Origin: Octopus sinensis
Lineage: Eukaryota
Assembly (NCBI RefSeq): GCF_006345805.1
Contig: NC_043006.1
Coordinates: forward strand, 90,086,001 to 90,150,000
DNA: 64,000 nucleotides
Reading direction: 5' to 3'
The translations under genes were made by a program, and so were the position numbers. Each line of letters opens with the position of its first letter. The first letter of the stretch is position 1. The notes under the pieces were generated by a model. The model was given only the letters and a program-made list of their open reading frames with translations, searched no databases and was not told the DNA's origin. Positions 52,463-64,000 of this stretch are shown here, one piece after another.

Positions 52463-52789
52463 TTGTTGACTGAGTTGACTTATGATCAAAGACTTCTAAC
52501 CAAAGATGTTCCATCCTTGATCACATAGGTTTTGCCACTTCTAGGACTACATTAGCATCAAAGCAACTCTTTAATTTCATCGTGGCTATGACAATCACTC
52601 TAGTGCTGGTGTCATGGTAAAATCTACCCAGTACAATCTGTAAAATGGTTGGTGTTAGGGAAGGGTGTCCAACCAAAGAAATCTAGAAAAAAAAAATACT
52701 ATGGATAATTGAGGCATTGTTTGGTTTATGTAATTTTTTTTTTAGAAAGTCCTTAATGGGGCAAGAAGTCACTTAGTGTAAGGGACGAT

Positions 52790-53290
52790 GGAGAAATTAA
52801 GAGGAAAAGAACGAGTTTACTTTAGACTTAAAAAAGTTCAAGTCATCATAAGGTGGAAAACAACGAGACGGAAGTGAGTTCCAAAATATGGCAATTTGTG
52901 AAAGAAAAAGCTACGAGTGAAGAAAGACTTCCTTGTTTGTGGGAGGACAGCATTATTTGGATGAAGACTGACTGTGAGTTTTGAGTTAGGTGAGATGGCA
53001 CAAAGTGACATGGAATTAAGAGAGAAAGTTCATTAGAGCACTTTCTATGGCAATACTGACAGAAACAACTAAGACTGGTGATGATATGTCAATGTGACAA
53101 GGGCTGCAGAGTTGAAACAAGAGAGGGGCCATTTAGAGACTCACATCTAAACCCTGAACTCAGGCAAACTGACAAGATGGTGCACCTGTCCAAATATGAC
53201 AACAATATTCCATGCAAAGATGAATTGCAGACTTGTAAATATACAGAATGGCCAGAGATGTGAGGTAGTTTTTTGACCTAAACAATGATC
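52790..53290 (-). mobile_element. Decayed CR1/L2-group LINE C-terminal fragment
   Basis: Minus strand gives YKSAIHLCMEYCCHIWTGAP...STLQPLSH...HRKCSNELS...IFWNSLP...LNFFKSKVN with stops and frameshifts. Confidence 0.75.
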
Positions 53291-56091
53291 CTCACCTTAC
53301 TGGAAACAAACTGATCAATTAATTGTAAAGACCCAAAAAAGGGTCAGTTGAGAAAGTGAAACCAAGCAATTTCAAGCATGATCGTTTAACCAATCTAGGA
53401 GGTTAAATAAGAACTGACTTGGAAAATACTGACAAGTCCAGTCTGTGCCAGAATGGAAAATGGACATACAAAGAGATGATGATGATGTCCCTTATCCAAT
53501 GTCTTTCCTCTTTTCCACATGACACGATATGATCTGAATGAGATTTGACTGTTATTTCTAACAGTCGGGTTGAGTGACTCCTTAGAGGCTTCCCTAATTG
53601 GTTAAAGATCAGAATAATTATTTAGTTGATGATGATGATGATGATAATGATGGTGATTGGAAGGTAAGGCAACATCTACAGTGAATTTGTCCAAATCTTA
53701 TGGTTCCATTGTCACATACCATGATCTGCACCATCTTTAGATAATTTTGTCAGCTTCCTCCCAACCATTATTCGTCTTTCAATTTGTATTCATGCTAACT
53801 CTTAACCCTTTTAATTCCAGACCTTGTTTCCATATTTCAAATTCCTAACAGAAACTTTCTATTTGGCTCTGTTTATGAAGTATGCATCAAGCCATTAACA
53901 AAGAGAACTTCAGACAAATTTACCAGACAAATTTAGCGGAATGTGAAATTTCAAAACTTTCATAGCCCCATAATACACTTGAAAGCCGAAACAATTGGCA
54001 ATAAAGCATCATAATAATTGTATTAGTCTGTGAAAGATCATGTAACAATGGATGATAATTATAAAACAAAGATAATAAAAAGATTTTAAGAACATAATCC
54101 AAAATCAGATATTAAAATGCATAACTGTAGCCACCATATAAAGTGATCTTTGCATTCATTTTAGTGCACCTGTCTCTTAAAACTTATTAATGATGGGCAG
54201 AGGTCAGGAAATGTAGAGGATGAAAGAGAACAACTGAAAATGTTTCTAAAATTTCAAGGAAAATGCAATAAAACAAATATTGATAATATTGTCTTTAAGC
54301 AGTTTTGACACTTAAATGTTTAAAACAGGTTTTCGATTCCCTTTTAATTAATTTGAAAAGGTTATTGTGAATATAATAAAGGTTATATGTATTATCTAAT
54401 GCATTCTAATGTAGAATGGTTACAGTCAGTCTCTGACATTTCTGAAAGAGAATTTATTAATTCTTAGAGAATTTAGAATTTTAAAATTAATTAGCTTCAT
54501 AAAAAGTTATAAATTCCTTAGTGTTAATGAGATCATGTTGGAAACTAAATGCGTAAAGATTTTAGAGATAAAAATCTCTAGAGAAGACCATATCCACACT
54601 TTACAGGATGAGAAGTAACTGTAGACATATAAAAGACTTTCACAACTTGAGACTGAATAGCTTTTAGAAATGTCGAACTCTATAATCTAAGATGATTTGA
54701 TAGTGTAGAAGTGTTTTACTTCATTAGAGCAATGAAAAGCCCAGTTCAAATAAGCAAATATTTCACTTCATTTGGTAAACCTGACTGGATATGTCCTGTT
54801 CAGCAGAACTACATACAAACGAATATATTTCTTTCCAGCTCTCAAACTCATTGGAAAGTGTTGAGAGATGTGTAGGGTTTCTCTTTTTCTTATATGGAGG
54901 CTAAGGATATTTAAATACATGTTTGTGAGATTAAATTCCAGTTAATGGTTGCCAGAATCACAAGTTCTCATTACAGGCACTACACCACCTCAAAGAGTTT
55001 ACTCAAAAATAACTGTTGCATTATTCATGTGAAAGGGAAAGCAGTGAGAGTGGCAAGAATCATTGGCACATTGGACAAAATGCTGAACAGTATCTTGTCT
55101 GACTTTATGTTCTGAGTTCAAATTCTGCTATGGTTGATTTTGCCTTCCATTCTTTTGGGGTCGATGAACTAAGTACCAGTCGAGTACTGGGGTTGGTGTT
55201 ATTGACTAGCCCCCCTCTCCAAAATGTTAGACCTTGTGCCAATAATAGAATTATTCATTAAAGGGCATACATGTCTGTGGTATACTCAGCCACTTACTAA
55301 TTCAATGAGCAGGTAATTCAGTGAGTTGAGCAACTGAATGCTCATTACTTGCCCAAGGTGCCACATCGCAGAACTAAGCTGGACACCACGTAACTGGGTG
55401 GGAAGCTTCTTAATCTCACACTCACACACACACAATCATCCTCCATGGTCAGATTTTCTATGGCTGGATGTTTTTCTTGTCACCAAACATCATTTAAATG
55501 ATCAACCCTCATCCATTTCCAGGCCAGCTAATATTTCCCTTGGCCAGGCATGTTGTCCATGGAATACCGAAGACAAATAACAAAGCTTGTGTGATGGTGA
55601 TGCTTACTCACAATCATCATGTGATGCCAAGACAAATTCACACACACACACACACATGTACATATATGTATACAAAAGGCTTCTTTCATTTTCCTTCTAT
55701 CAAACCCACTAACAAGCTTTTGATCAACCCAGGGCTATAGTAGGTGTCATGTAGTAGGACTGAACCAGAGACCACATGGTTGGAAAACATGCTTCTGAAG
55801 AACACAGTCACACCTGTGCCTATGCCAAAAAAGTGTACGCACGTGTGTGTGTGTGTATGCATATATGATTGAAAAATTATTTTACAGTGGGATGCCCTTA
55901 CTATTAGTAATCCTTACATGTTTCTATGAGTAAAGGGGGGTTTTTTGCATTCCATTTGTGAAGAATTAAGCTGGGGAACTTTTTTTTTTTTACAGGGAAT
56001 ATCAGGAAACATTTTTAATACTGTCAACAGTTTTTCATGCAAAGTGAAGAAGGAAACATTCAGTCTCTCTCTCTCTTTCTCTTTCTCCCGC

Positions 56092-56141
<50 letters not shown>

Positions 56142-58689
56142 AGGCATGCACAACCAAACACATGCATTGTGCACTGAAGCACACAATGGATTTCTGTACA
56201 GTTCCCATTGACCAATTTCCCTCACATGATAAGGACATTTGCCCAAGGTACCCCACAGTGAGATAGAACTCAAGACTACATGATAACAAAGCAAACTCCA
56301 TATTCACACAGCCACACCTCCATCTTTGTATGTATAACATTGCCAAGGGCCTCAAACCAAAAATACACAGAAAACTTTTAGGAAAGGCACCACTTTAAAC
56401 TCTACAGCGTTGGCACTCTGTCAATTTGGTGAGCAGCAATTCTCTCTTTTTTTTATGACATAAAACTGAAAACAACCCAAAGTTCAAGCAGAGTCTAATG
56501 TTAATATTTTATCACATTGAGGTTGGCAAAACTGTTGAAGTGTAGGATGAAACATGTTCTGGTATTTAGCTATGGTTTTTTGGGGTTTTTTTTATGTTCT
56601 GAGTTCAAATCCCACCAGGGTTCACTGTCATTAATTCTTATGGGGTCAATGAAATAAAGTACCAGAAAATAAGTGGAGTTAATCTTTTTTTAGACTATAT
56701 ACTATCCTACTAAAATTGTGGCCTTTTGCTTGCATTAGAAATCAATAGTTTTATGACATTGATAAGAATATGTCGTATTTAGCTACATTTAGTCAAAATT
56801 CTATCAAGCTTGACTTTTGTTTTTATCCATCCAGTCAACTGCTGAGGGTCAATCTAACTCGTTAGCATTTGGATTACCCTCTTGAATGTAAATCGCTTAT
56901 TTATTCACAATGCTTTGAATTAATCATGCATTGTCTCATAGCTTCAAGATTTTGAACATGGGACTGTTTATGTTTAGAATGACATTGTATGGTAGGTGTG
57001 AGAGGCCTGATATGGCCAGTTTGAACATAAGACAGGTAAAATATTTGGGCTTGATATGACTGGCTTAAAAGCTAAAGGGTGAAAGGATTGTGTCCTTCAA
57101 TAAAATGTGTTGTTTTGTGACAATGTTAGAAACTATTTCATTACACCAGTCTTTTGCTATTTCATGTTTTGTAGATTTTCATGTTTAACTTATATTGGGT
57201 TTAAGGTTTTCAATATTTTAGAATTTAGTTCACATTTTACAAAATTATTGGGGCAACTTATGTAGTTTTCTGTGACTTGTTTCACACATTGAACTGTGGC
57301 CATGTCATGCATGGAGTGCCTCAAACAGATTTAGTCAATCCTATTGATGCCTTCTCCATCCCCCACACATATACATATATGATGGGCTTCCACATAGTTT
57401 CCATCTGCCATTGTCACTCACAAGGCATTGGTTGGCCTGGAGTTAGACTAAAAGACAATTGGTCAAGGCACCCTACAGTGGGACTGAACAGGAAACCATG
57501 TGGTTGTAAGGCAAGCCTCTTAACTGCACAAAAATATTACATAAAGCTACATTGTGGAAGAACCAGTTGGATGAAATTTAATTAAATTCACTTTACATTA
57601 CTTCACGGTGTACCAAAATTTTTGCTGCACATAAGTGGAACTGCATCAATGACTAGGGTGCAGCTGCATAACAAAGATTTTGACATTTCATGAAACAAAC
57701 TGAAATTGAATTTGGTTTTCTGTGTTATGAAATGGTTCTTCCATGATACAGTTTCAACACAGCGTCTCGGATCAAGTCATTCGTTAGACAAGTACAATTC
57801 TGAAAATATTACCTGTTTTCTCCAAAACACATTGATGCAACACAATGACTGAAGCAAGAATGGATCTTACACTGTGACATTATTGTTCATTTGTAATGGA
57901 GACCTTCTCTACTGACTTACAGTGAAAGTTCTCCAAGAGACAGAGTGAAGTATGTAACCTTAATCTCCAGCTGAACCTTTGCTGTGCAAACATGTTTTGA
58001 ATAAATAAGAAAAATGAAAAAGAAAAAAAAATATTGATTTTTTTTCCAGGCTTTTCTTTCAACATCAAAAAATATGTTAAAAAAACATGTTTACATATCA
58101 CTAAAAAAAGATAGTATTAAGCTTGACATTTTATTAAATCTGAGATAAGGATCGGTTTTGAAATAACAAATGAATAATTAAACATGCAAATACACACAGA
58201 GATAAAAATTTAGCGTTAAAAGTTGAATTTGGTAAAGATGATCTACATACACATAGGGGGATGTATAAATGGTAATGGTAGGAGTCAGTTTAGCTATTTA
58301 ATAAGAGATACATATTGGATACAGTGTGATGGTGGTTCTTTCATTTTGGGGACTGTGGTCATGCTGGGGCACCACCTAGAAAGGCTTTACTCATCAAATT
58401 ATCTCCAGTACTAATGTGAAGTTTGGTACTTATTCTAGCAGTCTCTTCCTGCCAAGTTGTGAGTTACAGGGATGTAAACAAACCAGCACTGATTGTCAAG
58501 GAGTAATAGATAAGCAGAAATGTAAATATGTGCACACACACACACACACACACACAGATGATGGGTCCTAACAGTTTCCACATATCAAATTCATTCAAAA
58601 GGCATTGGCTACTTAAGAATAAGTATGTATGTATTTAATCATTTAAATTCTTCCTCTGGAATGTACGTAATGAAAACTATGTCTTGTTT

Positions 58690-59880
58690 TAAACTCGAGA
58701 AAAGTCTCGGAGAGTTTTATTGTTCCACTTACAGATTGTATTTGTAATATGTGAATCGGTTGATTTCTTTTTCTGAAAATCCAACCTTATCCAGAGTGAC
58801 AGTTCGGCATTTACTTACAAATCCAAGTGCTCCAATTATTATTGGTATAAATATAAATTTGTAATCCGGATAAAGAAGCTGGAAGTTTTGAAGCAGTTGT
58901 TCATGGTCATCTTCTTTCTCTTTGATTTTCGAAGAGTTATTCCCATCAACAGGACAGCTGACCTCTATGATGCTACATTCTTTGCCTTGTCAGTCTCAAA
59001 CGACAATATCCAGTCTGTTATGCTTACACTTGACAGATGTTCTGATGGCAATGTTCCACCAGTATTCCTGGTGCTAGTATTTGTGTATGTATTCAATAAC
59101 AGGGGGGTATTCTGTACTTATTCCATGACAGTATTTTTCTCAAATGGCATCATATATTGTTTTTGTGACGATGTCATATCCCAGAGTAACATAGTACCTT
59201 GATGACATCTTTGGGCAGCTGCTAATCACATGTATGATGTCTTCCACATAAATATGACATAATCTACATTTTCGGTTGCATCTTGGAACTCTAAAGGCTT
59301 CACTGTCTCTTCTGTTGATTAGGGATTTAGTAGCAATCTCCTGTTCTTGGATTGCAAATGTATAACCTTTGAAGTGTGCTGTGATGTAGTGATCACAAGT
59401 CTAAGAGAGGCTTCATGTCAGTGTTACCATCTTCTTCAAGTCTATGAGAAATATATCCATGCATGGTCCTCTTTTGGTATGCTCTGCATTTCACTTCCAG
59501 GTCTTCTTTGAGGTATGCTAGTCCAACTAATCTGGGGTTGTATGGGAGGCCATCAGGAAGGGAATACCTCCCATGGAGCTCACTTCCAACATGTAGGATA
59601 TTGTTTTCTTCACTTTTTAGCACCAAGTTAAGGTATTGATGTCACTATTTTTGTGGATATTTCCAGTTGATGATATAATCTTGTGGTTTTTAATGTCTAT
59701 GGAGTGGATTTCTTCTACAGACCAGTCAAGTATCCCAAATATTGGAATCAGCACTGGTACTGCAAATGCATCTAAGAAGAGATAAAAGAGGTAGAGGCTT
59801 AAGACCAGTGCAGACAGCTTTCAAATGTTGTAAAGTCTCTCTCAGACAGCATTTGCTAAACAACAGTGGTAAAAATAAAT
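58690..59880 (-). mobile_element. Decayed R4-clade retrotransposon (post-RT region, CCHC finger, RLE)
   Basis: Minus strand gives AVPVLIPIFGILDW, GYTFAIQEQEIATK, CRLCHIYVEDIIHVISSC, EYWWN...KCKHNRLDIVV*D...IEVSCPVD...IPIIIGALG with several stops; related to the 15.5-kb copy. Confidence 0.88.
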
Positions 59881-59889
59881 ACATCAACT

Positions 59890-60360
59890 TAGTGAGTTCC
59901 TAGGGAAGTATTCCCTTCCTGATGACCTCCCATACAACCCCAAATCAGCTGGACTAGCATACCTCAAAGAAGACCTGGAAGTGAAACTCTCAGCATACCA
60001 AAAGAGGACTATGCATGGGTGTATTTCTCATAGAAATAGCAGTGAGCTGGCAGAAACGTTAGCACACTGGGCAAAATGCTTAGCGGTATTTCGTCTGCCA
60101 CTACATTTTGAGTTCAAATTTCACCGAGGTTGACTTTGCCTTTCCTCCTTTTGGGGTCAATTAAATAAGTACCAGTTACGCACTGGGGTCGATATAGTCG
60201 ACTTAATCCATTTATCTGTCCTGGTTTGTCCTCTCTGTGTTTAGCCCCTTGTGGGTAGTAAAGAAATAGATATATTTCTCATAGACTTGAAGAAGATGGT
60301 AACACTGACATGAAGTGAAGACTCTCTTAGATGCGTGACCACTACATCACAGCACACTTG
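59890..60360 (+). mobile_element. Inverted second copy of the R4 segment 59371-59590, interrupted by a SINE
   Basis: 59890-60033 plus 60285-60360 match the reverse complement of about 59371-59590 (roughly 85-90% by eye). Confidence 0.85.
60034..60272 (+). mobile_element. tRNA-derived SINE (family S2) with a 12-bp target-site duplication
   Basis: gtgagctggcagaaacgttagc head, gagttcaaat B-box-like motif, central gttgactttgcctttcctccttttggggtcaattaaataagtaccag. TSD tatttctcatag at 60022-60033 and 60273-60284. Confidence 0.88.
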
Positions 60361-61130
60361 TTGCATGAGGAGAGTTCTGACTGTCATATTTTTCTTAGTC
60401 TGGTGAAATATTCTAGGGTCATTCTATCTTTACTCACAGTGCCTTGGTATGATATATTTTCATCAATGCCATGGTACTTGTAGCATTCTTTGTGAGGGAC
60501 AGGAGAGATAGTGAGACCACTGATGCACAGGTTTTGCTCTTATCTAATGACCAGAGTTGTAAATGATGAAATGCAGAACCATGAGAGTCAAGGACAAAAT
60601 GAGTTTCAGAAATCGTTCCAAAACTTTTTATAGTGTTCAAATCCCACTCAGATCACTTTTGCCTTTCATCTTTCCTGGTTCAAGAAAACCAGATTCTCCA
60701 GTCCAGGATGATGGAGTAGTGGAATTTTGAGATAAGAGACCATGTGGCATTTGTGCCCTCAAGTTGTAGACTTGATCTGTCTTGGATTAGCACTATGGCC
60801 TGGGTGTTGGGTGTCTTTAGTGGAGTTGACTCTGTTGCAAGTAAATGGAGCTGGGCTTGGAGTAAAACTTTCTCCTTTCCTTTTACAATTTCCTCCTTCC
60901 CACATCATCATCCCTAACACCACCGCTGCCTCTGTCATCACTGTAACATCCAATTTTTCATGCTTACATTGATCAGATGCTTTCTGTTAAGACAAATATT
61001 CTATGGCTGGATGCCTTTCTTGTCATCAGCTTTTAACTCTTTCCAAGCAAGGTAATATTTCCACAGAAGACTGGGAATGATTGACAGTATTTGTATGATA
61101 GCACCACTGGCTTAAAACACACATGCATTA

Positions 61131-61822
61131 TATCATCATCATCATCATCGTTTAACGTCCGCTTTCCATGCTAGCATGGGTTGGAAGGTTCAACTGGGGT
61201 CTGGCAAGCCCAAAGGCTGCACCAGGCCAGTCAGATCTGGCAGTGTTTCTACAGCTGGATGCCCTTCCTAACGCCAACCACTCCGAGAGTATATATATAT
61301 ATATATAGGACAGCTGCATAAAGAAGTGCTGCTTTTTAAATGTGGAGGGAACCTGTGGAAGAGGCAGACCCAGGAAGATGTGGGATATGGTGGTGAAATA
61401 GGATCTTCGGAGATTGAGTCTCATGGAAATAATGACAAGTGACCAAAACTTTTGGCAATTTGCTGTGCTTGAGAAGACATGTCAGGCTAAGTGAAATCGT
61501 AGTCATGGCCAATGCTAGTGGCATGTGAAGTGCACCTGTGCCACTGAAACATTAAGGGCACCTGTGCCAATGACATGTTAAGGGCACCTGTGCTGGTGAC
61601 ATATAAAGGCACTCATGCTGGAGACACATGAAAAGCACTCAACACACTCTAAAGCACCCGGTAGGCACCCTCTTGGAGTGGTTGATGTTAGGAAGGGTAT
61701 CCAGCTGTAGAAACCAAACCAATATCAGACTGGAACCTGGTGCAGCTCTCCAGCTTAGCAGTTCCAGTCAAAGCATCTAACCCATGTCTGCATGGAAAAC
61801 AGAGGCTAAATGATGATGATGA
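61131..61822. mobile_element. Head-to-head pair of RTE 3' fragments (61131-61290 minus; 61310-61822 plus) separated by (TA)n
   Basis: Both carry the shared RTE tail in opposite orientations; the plus copy has 26-bp module repeats at 61530-61640. Confidence 0.85.
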
Positions 61823-62096
61823 AGGTAATTACATACATTTGTAGTGTGATGTATGGATTCATAAAATCCAGAGGTTACCACAGAAACCTCTTGTAATGGA
61901 CGCAGCAAGCAGGTCACGTATTGAAGAGGATTAATGCAGAATTCCATGCAGCCGGAATCCAGAAGACCTGATCAATGGAAGTATTTCATGAGAATATAAG
62001 CCATAAAAAGTTAGAAGAGAAATGACAGAAAATCTTTAGAATGGCAAAAGGTTAAAGAAATATATTCACCTTTCATACCTCCTGGCTTCCTATGCC

Positions 62097-62132
<36 letters not shown>

Positions 62133-63418
62133 GTACAAACACACACACACACACACACATGCGTACAAACACACACACACACACACGTGTATTGAAATAC
62201 ACTGCAGGTTAATTAAACAGGAATCTAATAATAAAAGGGTTTGAATAGTTTCCCCATAATGCTAATGTTTTTGTGTTGTAAGAAGTGGGTGAAGCAGTTG
62301 GAGCCATGAAGGAGATTTGGCTGGAAGACTCTGCCTCACAAATCCATATTCAAACAATGCCATAACGTGTAACATGAATGTCAAATCAATGAAGATGGTC
62401 ATGGCTTTGATCATGGTTCTGCTCAAACAGGGATGACCTAGGGCTTTACAATGTGCTTCATTTGGTTTCTAAACTGAATAAAAGAAACACAAGCGGACGC
62501 ACAACCAGAAGGCAAACCGAAATAAAGTGGAACAAGACAAAATCTTTAAATATAATTGAACATTATTGTTGTCAGTTTTGTGTCTCTGATTCTTCTACAT
62601 CACACCTGCTGCTGATGATGTTGCAGCTATAAAGGAATATAGATAACAAAGAAATAAAATTAAAAATAAAACATACAGCAGTTGAAAAATTAAAAAGAGT
62701 AATTAGCAATAATTAACAAAACTAGTTTTAAAAGCAGAGAAGATTTATATGTATGTGTGTGTAAGTTAAATTTAAAGTTTATGTGTTAGGTATGTCCCTA
62801 GTAGTATGGCGATAAAGCATGTTCAATGTCTATGGCTACCTGATATCATCCACAGTAGTTGCACAATCATTGCTGGATCTAGTAATTTGTTATACGAGTA
62901 GATATGTGTATATGTATACATATAGCTATCTACATATATATGTGTGTGTGCGTGTGTGTGTATACATAAATATATAAATCCCCAAAAGAAGAACAAGCAC
63001 CAAAAAGACAACACTGTAAAGATGTGGTAGATGTAAAGTATTAGCAGACGCTCAGGGAAGGAAAGAAAGAAGGTTTAACGCTTCTTCAGAAATAGAAGAA
63101 AGTCCAATAGAAAGGAATACAGAGGAAGAAAATCGCCGACGATTCACTTGTGGTTACATTCCAAAATGTGTGTGTGTGTGTATGCCAGCATCTTGGTTTT
63201 CAAATAGAAATAACCATATGCCCTGAGCCCGAAGATTGCTTTGAGGCACAAGGCACAGTATATAAATGTGCCCAATGTCAGTGTCGCTATGGCAAGAAAC
63301 TATTACTCGCTCTTAACTGTGTACGTTATATGCTGTTTATGTCTCACTGAATGGACTACTTTCTTAAGAGAACAGTATGTTATATGTGTGTGTGTGTGTG
63401 TGTATTGGACAATGGATG

Positions 63419-63459
<41 letters not shown>

Positions 63460-63499
63460 TCTATGTATATACATATAAATATGTATGTATCTATCTATT

Positions 63500-63531
<32 letters not shown>

Positions 63532-64000
63532 AGTGTATTAAAAAATAAGGCTTAAAGGTTCTTCCCAAGCCATAGAGTCATGAGACTGAATTCCCATGAA
63601 TTCTCACAAAGACATAAACCTCCACCATGTGTGTGTGTGTCTGTGTGTATATATGTGTGTCTGTGTATATTTATATATATCATCATCATCATTTAACGTC
63701 CATTGTCCAATGCACACACACACACACACACACACATATAACATACTGTTCTCTTAAGACAGGGTTAACAAAAAGAAAGTAGTCTATTCAGTGAGACATA
63801 AACAGCATTTAACGTAAACAGTTAAGAGCGAGTAATAGTTTCTTGCCATAGCGACACTGACATTGGGCACATTTATATACTGTGCCTTGTGCCTCAAAGC
63901 AATCTTCAGGCTCAGGGCATATGGTTATTTCTATTTGAAAACCAAGATCTAGTACATGAGGAATCGTGAGAGAAAATGAGAAAAAGGTTGATGCAAATGT

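Noticed and set aside
60400-60520. Kringle-like ECY...SYQGTVSK peptide
   Set aside because: The following kringle Cys/Trp residues are missing and the open frame is short; kept only as an unassigned exon candidate.

Overview
AT-rich, microsatellite-dense animal genomic DNA. It is most likely intronic or intergenic DNA from an octopus, inferred from the repeat families rather than proven. Only one cellular coding segment is recognisable: a 668-bp minus-strand exon of THUMPD3 (tRNA m2G methyltransferase, THUMP domain) at 21255-21922. I could not find its neighbouring exons in the window. The rest is mobile-element debris: a young 5'-truncated RTE LINE with an intact RT ORF plus many RTE 3'-tail copies, three R4/Dong-clade (restriction-like endonuclease) fragments, a CR1/L2-group fragment, Tc1 and maT-type DNA transposons, two tRNA-derived SINE families and a Penelope GIY-YIG remnant. 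The main result is three different elements carrying well-formed type I hammerhead ribozymes, none visible in the ORF track: 2503-2599 (-), 7086-7130 (-) with 7567-7611 (+), and 42856-42957 (-). All have a palindromic stem III and abut (TA)n tracts. Two share the same architecture of a 5'-inverted segment plus a partial tandem repeat (352-bp and 483-bp periods), as expected for Penelope pseudo-LTRs or non-LTR retrozymes. All structures and alignments were read by eye; repeat boundaries are approximate unless stated exactly.
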